A stretch of 64,000 bases of DNA from an uncultured Chloroflexia bacterium (lineage in GTDB: Bacteria; Chloroflexota; UBA6077; JACCZL01), in the NCBI GenBank assembly GCA_963765765.1, contig CAVXYC010000015.1, forward strand, positions 128,001 to 192,000, given 5' to 3'. Under the pieces are notes generated by a model, which made no database searches, had not been told where the DNA came from, and was given only the letters and a program-made list of their open reading frames with translations. Position numbers and translations under genes: made by a program. Below, piece by piece: positions 54,258-64,000 of this stretch (the stretch's first letter is position 1; each line of letters begins with the position of its first letter).

Positions 54258-55514
54258 ATGTTAAGCAAGGAAAACAACGAGCTCATTACTCGGGTTGGTC
54301 CTGGCACTCCGATGGGCCAGACGATGCGCCGCTACTGGATGCCGGCCGCGCTTGCATCGGAGCTGCCAGAGCCGGATTGTCCGCCGGTCAGGGTACGACT
54401 CCTTGGAGAGGACCTGGTCGCCTTCCGCGACACCAACGGGCAGGTCGGGCTCATCCAGGAGAACTGTCCACACCGCGGGGCGTCGCTCTTCTTTGGGCGC
54501 AATGAAGAAGCTGGGATTCGGTGCGTCTACCACGGCTGGAAATTTGACACATCGGGCGCCTGCGTGGATATGCCAAATGAGCCGCCCGAGAGCAATTTCA
54601 AGGACAAGGTCCGGGCAACCACCTACCCAACAACCGAGAAGGCCGGGATCATCTGGGCGTATATGGGGCCGCCTGAGAAGCAGCCACCCGTACCGAACCT
54701 CGAGTGGATGCGTGCCCCTGAAGGCTGGTGTCGCGTTTCGAAGACGTTCCAGGACTCCAACTATCTGCAAGGACTGGAAGGCGGTCTCGACACATCACAC
54801 TCGTCCTTCCTGCACCGCACCCTGGACCCGGAAGGACTGCGTAACCCTCGTGCTCGCTCCACCCATCCGCGACTGGAAGTACTCACTACCGACTACGGCT
54901 ACATGTACTCCAGCATTCGGCATCTGCCGGACGAGAACAAGAACTACGTCCGTCTGTACCACTACGTGATGCCCTTCTATCAGATTCGGGCCGCTGATGT
55001 GGACGAGGACAACCGGGCAATGCACGGTCATATCTGGGTGCCTATTGATGACGAGCACACCTACGTCTTCAATTACATGTGCAACAAGGATCGTCCGCTG
55101 CCCTATGAAGAATGGCAGGAGCAGGAGCACCGCGCCGGTCGGGGCGTGCAGGACTACATTCCGGGCACCTTCAAGCTGAAGCTGAACAAGAGCAATGATT
55201 GGGGCCTGGACCGCGAGATCCAACGAACCACCAACTTCCCGGGCATCGTCGGTGTCAACACCCAGGACATGGCGCTCCAGGAGACCATGGGCGCGATTTT
55301 CGATCGTTCCCAGGAACGGCTTGGAACGGCGGATACGGCCATCATCTTCATGCGCAAGCTGCTCATGCAGGCAGCCAAGGATGTGATGGAAGGCAATGAT
55401 CCGCTCGGCACCAATGGCGAGGGATCAGACGTTCGCCCCGCGGAGATGATCCTTCCCGCCGATGTGCACTGGTATGAGACGGCTCTCAAGCAAGAGACCG
55501 AAGCAAAGTTTTAG
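54258..55514 (+). CDS. Rieske oxygenase 2
   Basis: CPHRG..CVYHGW; EGGLDTSHSSFLH. Confidence 0.92.
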   Translation: MLSKENNELITRVGPGTPMGQTMRRYWMPAALASELPEPDCPPVRVRLLGEDLVAFRDTNGQVGLIQENCPHRGASLFFGRNEEAGIRCVYHGWKFDTSGACVDMPNEPPESNFKDKVRATTYPTTEKAGIIWAYMGPPEKQPPVPNLEWMRAPEGWCRVSKTFQDSNYLQGLEGGLDTSHSSFLHRTLDPEGLRNPRARSTHPRLEVLTTDYGYMYSSIRHLPDENKNYVRLYHYVMPFYQIRAADVDEDNRAMHGHIWVPIDDEHTYVFNYMCNKDRPLPYEEWQEQEHRAGRGVQDYIPGTFKLKLNKSNDWGLDREIQRTTNFPGIVGVNTQDMALQETMGAIFDRSQERLGTADTAIIFMRKLLMQAAKDVMEGNDPLGTNGEGSDVRPAEMILPADVHWYETALKQETEAKF

Positions 55515-55695
55515 TCCAGCCTCGTGCGGTCTCGAGGTTTAGTCGCGGTCATTAGCGGTACTCAATGGAGAAGGTAGGTTCGAAGCGGCTTCGGTCGTTG
55601 GCGTGTTCATCCTGCTGATGACCGTGGGGGTGGCGTTCGTTGCCGCATTCTCGGTCTACGTGTCGGGCCGCACGCCGGCTAGATCAAGTAAATAG

Positions 55696-55730
55696 GACGT
55701 AGCACGGGGCCTTGTGCCCCGTGCTACGTC
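55696..55730. repeat. GTAG-type REP hairpin between convergent genes
   Basis: gacgtagcacggggc-cttgt-gccccgtgctacgtc. Confidence 0.88.
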
Positions 55731-55741
55731 AGGTTCAGTCG

Positions 55742-57058
55742 CTAGACGGCTGCGATGCCTCCGAGTGGATCTCGCGACAGCTCCGGATGATCCACAAAGC
55801 CCTTACGAAGCTCCTTCGTGGATTCCACCCAGTTCGAGCCGGTAGGAAGCACCACCGAGCCGGTGCGCTGCCCCCAGGCGCTGCAGTCCTCGATTCCGGG
55901 TGGGAGCGTGCCGTGGTCCCGTAGCGCCTTTGCCGCATTGATCAAGCGTCGGCGGGTGCGAATGATCATCAAATCGCTCGTGCCGAGTCGCTCATGAGTA
56001 CGATCGTAGATCTCCCCCATGCTTTCCGTGACTGCCTGATCCTGAATAAATATGCTGCTGATCCCGGTGTAGCTCTCTTTGCGAGCCTGGGCATCGCGAT
56101 CGATATTGTAATCATTCCGAGCGTTGTCCACGCACTGGAACCGGTTGTACCAGCCCGTCGAGTTCGGAATCGTCTCGGTCATCGGAGCTGGCCGGCCGTC
56201 CACGCTGCGGGCGTATCGGGAGACGCTATTCACCGAGTAGGCCAGTGTATGACCGTCGTCCATCGGTACCCAGGCTCGGTAGCGCACTTCCAGGCCGAGG
56301 ATGCCTGTTGGGATCATGGCGTAAAACGGGAAAAGGAATTGGGCGATGCGCCAGTACGTGCGCTGTTCGTCCAACGGACGGAAGCAGCCGTACATCGTGC
56401 CAATCTCGGTGTCTACGGACTCGTAACGCGGCGCTCGATCTTCCAGTGAGAGGCGAGCGTACGATCCCTCTGGTGCCTGCTCCGGTTCCATCGCGCCGAG
56501 ATGCAGAAAGACGGTGTGGCCGGTGTCGATATCGCCTTCCAGCGCCTGCATCCAGTTGCACTCGCGCTGCATTACCTGGACGGTGTACTCCCCCTCCGGC
56601 ATCATGTTCGCCTCGAGGTCCGGCAGTGGCGGCGGTGTCTCACGCTGACCCATGTACGTCCACACGATGCCTCCGCGCTCCACGCACGGGTACGCGGTCA
56701 CGCGTACCTTATGCTTGAAGTTGGACTCCGGGGGTTCATTGGGCATGTCCACGCACGTGCCCGACGCGTTGAACTTCCACCCGTGATACACGCATCGCAG
56801 GCCAGACTCTTCATTGCGACCGAAGAAGAGCGACGCGCCGCGGTGAGGGCAGTTCTCTTGGACAAGGCCGATTGCGCCCTCAGTGTCGCGAAAAGCGATC
56901 AGGTTCTCGCCCAGGAGCTTGATGCGCACCGGCGGGCCATCTCTCTCCGGAAGCTCCTGCGAGAGACCCGCGGGTACCCAATACTGGCGCATAAGCGTGC
57001 CCATCGGCGTGCCGGGGCCCACACGGCAGAGCAGTTCGTTGTCTTCGCGACTCAGCAT
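55742..57058 (-). CDS. Rieske oxygenase 3
   Basis: CPHRG..CVYHGW; EGDIDTGHTVFLH. Confidence 0.92.
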   Translation of the reverse strand: MLSREDNELLCRVGPGTPMGTLMRQYWVPAGLSQELPERDGPPVRIKLLGENLIAFRDTEGAIGLVQENCPHRGASLFFGRNEESGLRCVYHGWKFNASGTCVDMPNEPPESNFKHKVRVTAYPCVERGGIVWTYMGQRETPPPLPDLEANMMPEGEYTVQVMQRECNWMQALEGDIDTGHTVFLHLGAMEPEQAPEGSYARLSLEDRAPRYESVDTEIGTMYGCFRPLDEQRTYWRIAQFLFPFYAMIPTGILGLEVRYRAWVPMDDGHTLAYSVNSVSRYARSVDGRPAPMTETIPNSTGWYNRFQCVDNARNDYNIDRDAQARKESYTGISSIFIQDQAVTESMGEIYDRTHERLGTSDLMIIRTRRRLINAAKALRDHGTLPPGIEDCSAWGQRTGSVVLPTGSNWVESTKELRKGFVDHPELSRDPLGGIAAV

Positions 57059-57347
57059 AGATGCCTCTCAGACGCAGATCGTTTCAATCATGATAAATGG
57101 CGAACCCCGTTGTCCGGGAAGGATTTCCCAGGATCGAGCGACTTGCGCCTCTACAAATCCGGGCTGCTGGGGCATCAGACTTTGAATCTGATGGAGCTGT
57201 GTGACCGCTTCGCTCTGGCGACTATTGGGAACGCGCAGCAGCCCTGGAACAAGAACACGGGAGCCTCCAAGGGGATGGGAAGGAAAGGGCGGCGCCTGTC
57301 GGACCAGATGATCCCGCCAGCGCCGCCCCGTGTTGAGTCTGGATGAA

Positions 57348-58163
57348 CTAAGCGGTCAGGAAATCAGAGACGAGCTTGTTGAACTCATCAGGCTTTTGCT
57401 GCGGGACCATGTGGCCTACGTTGTCGAAGACAACGAGCTTCGCGCCCGGGATGTTCTTTGCCGTGTCCTCGCCAAGCTCCAGGGCGTTGGTCTCGTCATC
57501 GCGGCCCCACACAACCAGCGTCGGTGCCTTGATGTACTTCATCCGACGGATCGTGTTGTACTTGACTCGGGTCGGATTGTTTGTCATGTGCTTCATGACC
57601 TTGCCGAAGGCCTCACCATGACCCGGTAGCTCGGCCTTTTTGATGAACGTCTCCGCCAGCTCGTCGACGTTTACTCGCCCGGGAGCATAGCGATGGGAGA
57701 GCTGTTCCTTGACTTGCTCCGCGGTGGGGACCTTGAAATCCACCATGTTCTGGAGTGGACGCGTGGCGGTGCCGCCGCCGGCGACGTTGACCACCTTGTT
57801 CACTCGATCTGGGCTCTCGTAAGCCATCAGCGTGACCAGCCAGCCACCCATCGAGTGGCCCACGAAGTTCGCCTTCTCAATGCCCAGTGCGTCCATGAAC
57901 TCACGGATGTGATCCACCATGTACGCAAAGGAAAGCTCCATGTCAAGCACATCGCCGGTGCCCCAGTTGAGGCAATCTACCGCTATGACGCGGAGCTTCT
58001 CCGATAGTGGGCCAATGTTGAGAGCCCAGGTCTCGCAACCGCTTGTCCAACCGGCGCCGTGGAGCAGGATGGTGGGATAGCCGGTTCCGGCCTCCCAGTA
58101 GCGTGTCTTGCCGTGGCTCAGCTCTACAAAGTTTTCAGTCCATACTTTGGGTTCAACTGCCAT
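57348..58163 (-). CDS. Alpha/beta hydrolase (MhpC/BphD-like C-C hydrolase candidate)
   Basis: LLHG, GHSMGG, PTLVVWGRDD, GH. Confidence 0.88.
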   Translation of the reverse strand: MAVEPKVWTENFVELSHGKTRYWEAGTGYPTILLHGAGWTSGCETWALNIGPLSEKLRVIAVDCLNWGTGDVLDMELSFAYMVDHIREFMDALGIEKANFVGHSMGGWLVTLMAYESPDRVNKVVNVAGGGTATRPLQNMVDFKVPTAEQVKEQLSHRYAPGRVNVDELAETFIKKAELPGHGEAFGKVMKHMTNNPTRVKYNTIRRMKYIKAPTLVVWGRDDETNALELGEDTAKNIPGAKLVVFDNVGHMVPQQKPDEFNKLVSDFLTA

Positions 58164-58322
58164 GATCTTGCCTCCACCGGGTCATGTGTGACGCTCGTTT
58201 TCCCAGACGTGCCCTTTGGAAAGCCGCGCCTGATGCCGAAGGACATGATAGCGCTCCCCGTCCATTGGGTCGAGCAACGAAACGGCGCTACTATGCAGGT
58301 CAGGAAGCGAGGGACCGAAGGT

Positions 58323-59214
58323 ATGGCTGATCTACCGACACAGCGACTTGGACGCACCGACATGGATGTAACGGTGTTGGGCTATGGCGCCATGGAGCTC
58401 CGCGGGGCGCCTCGCGGGCGCGACATCAGCGAGGCGGATTCAGATCGCATCTTGAACGCGCTCCTCGACATGGGCGTGAACTACATTGATACATCGATCG
58501 ATTACGGCTTGAGCGAGGAGCGCATCGGCCGAGCCATCAGCAATCGTCGCTCGGAGTACTTCCTTGCGTCCAAGTGTGGGTGCCCGCTTGATTCAGAAGC
58601 GTCCAGGTATGGTCGGGGCGAGCACGTCTACACCGCTGACCGAGTTCGCGATGGCGTTCTGCAGAGTCTGCGTCGACTTCAGACCGACTACCTCGACCTC
58701 GTCCAATTCCACGCGAGTCCCACACCGCAGCAGCTCACTGAGCACGGCGGCTTTAGAGGCGCTTCAGGAGCTTCAGCATCAGGGCAAGGTTCGCTACATC
58801 GGTATTTCCGGAACGATCCCGAATCTCCGCGACCAGATTGCTATGGGTGTGTTCGACGTGTTCCAGATACCGTACTCGGCTCTTCAGCTCGAGCACGAGG
58901 AGCTCATGGCCGACGCGTCGAACGCGGGCGCCGGCATCGTCATTCGTGGTGGCGCGGCACGTGGCGGTCCTGCAAAGGAATCGGGTGATGCCTGGTCCAC
59001 CTGGAAAGCGGCCGGGATGGATGATCTCATCGGCGATATGGATCGGATGGAATTCGTCCTGCGCTTTACTTACAGCAGTCCGGATCTCGATACGACCATC
59101 GTGGGGACGCTGAACCCGGACCACCTTCAACAGAACATCGATGCGCTCATGAAAGGGCCTTTGCCGCCCGATCTCTATGACGAAGCGAAGCGGCGTCTCG
59201 CGAGCGCTCAGTAG
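58323..59214 (+). CDS. Aldo/keto reductase (frameshift near 58750)
   Basis: LGYGAM, NYIDTS..YG.SEE, SLRRLQTDYLDLVQFH, GKVRYIGIS. Confidence 0.9.
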
Positions 59215-59222
59215 GTTTCAAG

Positions 59223-59559
59223 GTGGAGCCCGAGGAGCTTCGTGCGTTTGCCCTCAGCTTTCCAGAAGCGGTGGAGATCGAAACGTGGGGCCACCCCACG
59301 TTTCGAGTTCGCGAAAAGATTTTCGCCACGCTCGGGGACAGCGGAACGTCCGGCGTCAAAACATCGAAGCTAGAACAGATCGCCCTGGTGAGCTCCCAGC
59401 CGGACGTGTTCAGTGTGCCGGCGTATGTCGGCCGCTACGGCTGGGTGAGCGTTCGATTGGATCGCGTGGATGCCAGATCATCTGAAGGAGCTTGTTGAAG
59501 ACGCCTGGCGACAGACCGCGCCGAAGCGGCTGGTGAAGGAGTACGACGCCAGCAGCTAG
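59223..59559 (+). CDS. MmcQ/YjbR family protein (frameshift near 59480)
   Basis: WGHPTFRV..KIF, YVGRYGWV, then ELVEDAWR..APKRL. Confidence 0.85.
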
Positions 59560-59562
59560 AGC

Positions 59563-59934
59563 CTACGGTTGATCTCGTCTCTCCTCCAGCACGCAAAACT
59601 CATTTCCTTCAGGGTCGGCAAGGACCACCCAGGTCTGCTGGCCTTGACCAATGTCTACTCGCTGGGCACCGAGAGCGATGAGTCGGGCGACTTCCGCCGC
59701 CTGGTCGCAGCCGCGGGGATTCACATCGATGTGGACACGGTTCTTTGCGCTCTTTGGCTCATCGTTCGGAACGAAGGTTATTGATGGAATTGAGCCGTCG
59801 GACGCGCCGATTTCCAGTGCTCCTTCGTAGCGTCCGGTTGGCTCCCAGCCGAGTGCGGCGCACCAGAACTCACTGAGCCGTTGTGGGTCCCGGGCGTCGA
59901 TGATGAGCTCGGTAAACGTGCAAGACACTGGCAT
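59563..59934 (-). CDS. VOC family protein
   Basis: DARDP..L..FW..ALGW, KNRVHID, WVVLADPEGNEFC. Confidence 0.92.
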   Translation of the reverse strand: MPVSCTFTELIIDARDPQRLSEFWCAALGWEPTGRYEGALEIGASDGSIPSITFVPNDEPKSAKNRVHIDVNPRGCDQAAEVARLIALGAQRVDIGQGQQTWVVLADPEGNEFCVLEERRDQP

Positions 59935-60108
59935 TCTCCTCTCTTGTTGACATCCTCACCCTAACGCCAGGCAGCTCGGGAAGTTGTTGTTCAAAATTAG
60001 CCGAAAATCGGGACTAAATTGGCCTCGTTGAGCGTTTGAAATCCGGTAAGATCGGAGCAGGTCCGGCCCGCCGCTGATCGCAGGGTCGTTCCTCTGGAAT
60101 CACACGAC

Positions 60109-60528
60109 ATGCTGATCAACGCCACTAGCTGGACCGACATGTTAACGTCCCCCGTGACGATGTGCGCGCTGTTTCTGCTGGCGCTTTTCTTCGTCGGCGA
60201 GCTCGTGACGTTCTTCTGCACCTCTGTTCCGAGGCGCGCCTCAGCATGGATGCAGTCCAGCAATCTGGTGATTCTTGGGCGTTTAGGCAATGGCTGGGCG
60301 ACGCACCGGGTTGTGGCGATGGAACAGGCTGATCACGCTGTGACTCTGGACGAAGTTGGCTCCTGGGTGACCGTGGCTCGTGCCCCTAAGGCTGAGCCTG
60401 ACGACGATCACTCAGCGTCCGGTCCGCCCCCAGATCAGCTCCGCGCCTTTGCGCGCTGGTTGGCCGAGCGCGGACGGCTGGGTGAGTGGGATAGCTCGGA
60501 CGCCGAGCACCGCGACATACGCCTCTAG
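60109..60528 (+). CDS. Hypothetical membrane protein
   Basis: One hydrophobic segment; FARWL.ERGRL.E tail; may be frameshifted. Confidence 0.4.
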   Translation: MLINATSWTDMLTSPVTMCALFLLALFFVGELVTFFCTSVPRRASAWMQSSNLVILGRLGNGWATHRVVAMEQADHAVTLDEVGSWVTVARAPKAEPDDDHSASGPPPDQLRAFARWLAERGRLGEWDSSDAEHRDIRL

Positions 60529-60604
60529 CAGCCCGCTCCAGTAACGAAGCTCCTCCCGTATCATCCCGGTGCGCTGGGATGGCGCACGCCGGAGGACAAA
60601 GATC

Positions 60605-61679
60605 ATGCCAGTCATCGATGCCGATGCACACGTGGTGGAAACCGAGCAGACCTGGGAGTACATGGATCCAGATGACCTGAAGTATCGTCCTCAGATCGTC
60701 GAAGACCCATCCGGAAATGGCGTCACCTACTGGCTGATTGAGGGAAAGATTCGTCGCACCGCTCGCGGCGCCGCGGGCTTGCCAAAAGGGCTGTCAGAGA
60801 AGGTGAAGCGCAACATGGTGACCGATGAAGCCAAGCGCTTCATGCAGGACATCCCTGGACGTGTTGCGCACATGGATGAGCTGGGCATCGATATTCAGGT
60901 GCTGTATCCGACGATTTATATCCAGCGGGTCTGCGATTCGCCGGAAGCCGAAATTGCTCTTTCCAAAAGCTACAACCGCTGGCTCGCTGACATCTGGCAG
61001 CAGAGCAAGGGACGCCTGCGCTGGACGTGCATCCTACCGTTAGAGACGCCCGATGAAGCGATCAAGCAGCTTCACTGGTCGGTGGAGCACGGAAGCTGTG
61101 GCGTCACCATGCGGGGGATCGAGGGCGAGCGCTTACTGATCGACCCGCACTTCTTTCCGATCTACGAGGAGGCTGAGCGGCTCAATGTGCCGATCACCGT
61201 GCACATCGGTAACTCAAATCTCGACATCCTGAGCATCATGGCCAAGGATGGGATCGGCGGGACATTCGGAGCCTTCAGGCTTGCCTCGGTAGCCAGCTTT
61301 CATCAGCTCGTGACCACGGGCATGCCCAAGAAGTTCCCCAAGCTGCGCTTCGGCTACATCGAGGCCAGCTCGCAGTGGATCCCCTACGTCATCCACGATC
61401 TGCGGCGCCGACTCGAGACCCGCGGGCGGCAGCTCGAGGAGGACGTGCTGGGCGCGTACAACATCTGGGTGACCGCCCAGACGGATGACGATTTGCCGAC
61501 CGTGCTGAAATACGCCAACCCGGGTCATCTGATGATCGGCACGGATTACGGGCACCAGGACCAGAGCAGCGAGATCGAAGCGATGCGGAACATACGCAAT
61601 CAGGGTGGGGTGGATCCCGGCGATCATTGACCGTATTCTGGGCCCCAACGCGGCTGACTTCTACGGGATCACGGTCTGA
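60605..61679 (+). CDS. Amidohydrolase family 2 (decarboxylase/hydratase-like)
   Basis: IDADAHVVE, YNRWLAD, VH, IEAS..W, GTDYGH; corrected tail ILGPNAADFYGI. Confidence 0.9.
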
Positions 61680-61892
61680 TCATCGTTTGGGGTGCCCGCG
61701 CGAACAGGTCATCCACCAGATTAGATCGACGATGAGCATCTATTCCGACACCAGCTACCTCCAGCATTCGTCCTACACAATCCGCCGGAGATTCATACGG
61801 CCAATGGCATTTTTCGAGAGGAACCGCTTCCTCACGGGCGCGGCTCTGAGGCTGTCTGGGGTACGCAACCCCACGGGATGCGGCTCTGTCGG

Positions 61893-62831
61893 CTACAGAT
61901 CGCCGCGCGCTCGACGGGCCTCCAGATTTGTGGAGTCCGTGCCCATGTAAACGCCGCGCTCCCATTCGCGCTTGAGCGGATCGTGCACGTGGATAGACAT
62001 GCGGCCGATCTTCTCGATCTCTATTTCGCAGAATTCGCCATCCTGCAACGGCCCAAGTCCCTCGTGATTCGTGCCGCAGGCAATCACGTCGCCGCTGTTC
62101 AAGGTCATGATCGTCGTGGCGAATTCGATAAGCTCCGGAACGCGGTGCTCCATGTCATCGGTCACGTAGTCGTGTCTGAGATCGCCGTTGTTCCAGAACT
62201 TCACCCATAGCTTGTTGGGGTCTTCGATCTCGTCGGCGGTTGTGATGCACGGACCGATCGGGGCGAAGGTGTCAAAGCTCTTTCCCATCCAGCTTCCCTG
62301 ACGCCAGGTGCTGCGACCTTGGCCGCGGGCAGACACATCGATGATCGCGGAATAGCCGAAGATCGCCTTTCGCCAGTTGTCCTGGTTCACGCGTTTGGCT
62401 GGTCCACGGATGATCAATGCAAGCTCGGCTTCATGCTGGAACACCCATGGGTCGGTGAACTCGGGCAGCTCCACGGTGTCACCGTGGCCGATCACGGCGT
62501 CCGGATTCTTCAGGAACATATTGAGCGGGCGCGCCTCGCGTTGGGCGTGCTCCCAGTAATTGCCGATGCAGCACAGGATTTTGCCCGGCCTGGGCAGTGG
62601 CGGTCGCAGCCGAACTCCGCCGAGCGGCAAAGGTGAGCGCTCGGCCACCAGCCGTTCAAAGGACGGCCGAAGCGCCTCAAACTCATCGATGATGAGCTGC
62701 ATCAGGTGCTGTGGAGAGATCGCGTTCAGTCCCGACGTGGCAGACGAGACGTCCACCACACCCTGGTCTGTGAGCACCCCGGGATGCAGAAGCTGACCGG
62801 TGCCGGGACGTTGAAAAAGCACGAGCCGCAT
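61893..62831 (-). CDS. Fumarylacetoacetate hydrolase family protein
   Basis: KILCCIGNY.EH, HEAEL, DVSAR, GKSFDTFAPIGP, GDVIACGT. Confidence 0.92.
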   Translation of the reverse strand: MRLVLFQRPGTGQLLHPGVLTDQGVVDVSSATSGLNAISPQHLMQLIIDEFEALRPSFERLVAERSPLPLGGVRLRPPLPRPGKILCCIGNYWEHAQREARPLNMFLKNPDAVIGHGDTVELPEFTDPWVFQHEAELALIIRGPAKRVNQDNWRKAIFGYSAIIDVSARGQGRSTWRQGSWMGKSFDTFAPIGPCITTADEIEDPNKLWVKFWNNGDLRHDYVTDDMEHRVPELIEFATTIMTLNSGDVIACGTNHEGLGPLQDGEFCEIEIEKIGRMSIHVHDPLKREWERGVYMGTDSTNLEARRARGDL

Positions 62832-62982
62832 GGGGAATTCTCCAGTGCGTGAGCCGAATTGTGGGTTGGGTTAGGATGGACCTTACCGGAATCGAGATTA
62901 AGAGGGAAGTGAACATCCGGGACCGCCGACAGGAAGTCGGCGGGCCCGGGGATGCTCCAGTCTTTTAGGCGCGGGGGAGAAC

Positions 62983-64000
62983 ATGAAGCGAAGCACCGAT
63001 CGCATTCTGACAACGCATACTGGTAGCCTTGCACGTTCTCCAGAGCTTGTCGAGATGCTCCAGGCGCGCGAGGCCGGTGAGCCGCTTGATGCGCGAGAAG
63101 TTTGCGGCTACTGTGCGTCGGGAGGTCGCCGACACCGTACGCAAGCAAGTCGAGGTCGGTATCGACATCGTGAGTGACGGCGAGCTTGGAAAACCGAGCT
63201 TTGCTTCCTACGTCGCGGACCGCATTGGCGGATTTGGTGAGATCAACCCCGAGCTGCGAACGTCCAAGGACTGGGAAGTCTTCACTGAATGGTCCAAAGA
63301 CAAACCTCGGCCCAACATCAAGCGCCGCTTCTGCGATGGTCCGATCGAGTGGCACGGCGACGATGAGGTTGAGTCGGACCTTTCGAACCTGTCTGCTGCC
63401 GTAACCGCCTCAAAGGCCGTCGAGGCGTTCATGCCTTCAGCATCAATCGGGATCATCGCGGACGTCATGGCCAACCGACACTACCCCAGTGAGGATGCCT
63501 ACCTCACCGCGCTTGCTGAAGCGATGCGTCACGAGTACCGAGCCATCACGGACGCTGGCTACGTCCTTCAGATCGACGCTCCTGATGCCGCGATGGGTCG
63601 ACACATGCAGTTCCGAGACGATTCGTTGGAAACGTTTCGCAAGGCGACCGAGGCTCGGGTGGAGGCGCTCAACTATGCTCTTGAGGGCATCCCCGAGGAT
63701 CAGGTCCGCTATCACATCTGCTGGGGTAACAATGAGGCTCCGCACGTTCATGACGTCCCGCTGGCGGACATCATCGATCTCGTTCTCAAGGTGAACGCTG
63801 GAGCCTATTCCATCGAAGCCTCAAACCCGCGGCATGCGCATGAATGGCGCCTGTGGGAGTCGGTGCGACTTCCTGAAGGGAAGGTGCTCATTCCAGGCGT
63901 CATCGACTCGGCCACAAACTTTGTGGAGCATCCCGAGCTTGTCGCCGAGCGGATCGAGCGGTTCGCGCAGCTCGTGGGCCGGGAAAACGTGATCGCGGGA
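62983..64000 (+). CDS. Cobalamin-independent methionine synthase II / epoxyalkane:CoM transferase-like protein (frameshift near 63100; runs off the window)
   Basis: ILTTHTGSL.R, DIVSDGE, LQID.PD, HICWGN, EASNPRH, PGVID. Confidence 0.88.

Overview
GC-rich bacterial chromosome segment. Gene content suggests Chloroflexota, but that is inference. About 20 genes are split by single-base indels, most likely long-read assembly errors. 0.3-16.6 kb is core-like: a secreted lysozyme/Rpf-like protein, MBL hydrolase, fabZ, a GT9/GT4/heptose-kinase cluster, and an archaeal-style nurA-HAS barrel-GIY-YIG-herA-sbcD(mre11)-sbcC(rad50) operon. About 17-40 kb is a mosaic accessory region. It holds a globin/cNMP/ferredoxin-reductase operon between two copies of a dioxygenase 3' end, gene fragments, an ApeA-type HEPN gene with an IS630 inserted into its stop codon, and a MEDS-histidine kinase-receiver module. 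It ends at a degenerate tRNA-Leu-like gene with a UCA anticodon. 40-64 kb is catabolic: two D-aminoacylase-like enzymes, three Rieske oxygenase paralogs, transporters and hydrolases. The strongest candidate novelty is the MEDS sensor gene. It has an in-frame TGA at the conserved Cys position, followed by a hairpin matching the bacterial SECIS model, so it may be a selenocysteine-containing sensor feeding a two-component system. No CRISPR array or rRNA was seen.
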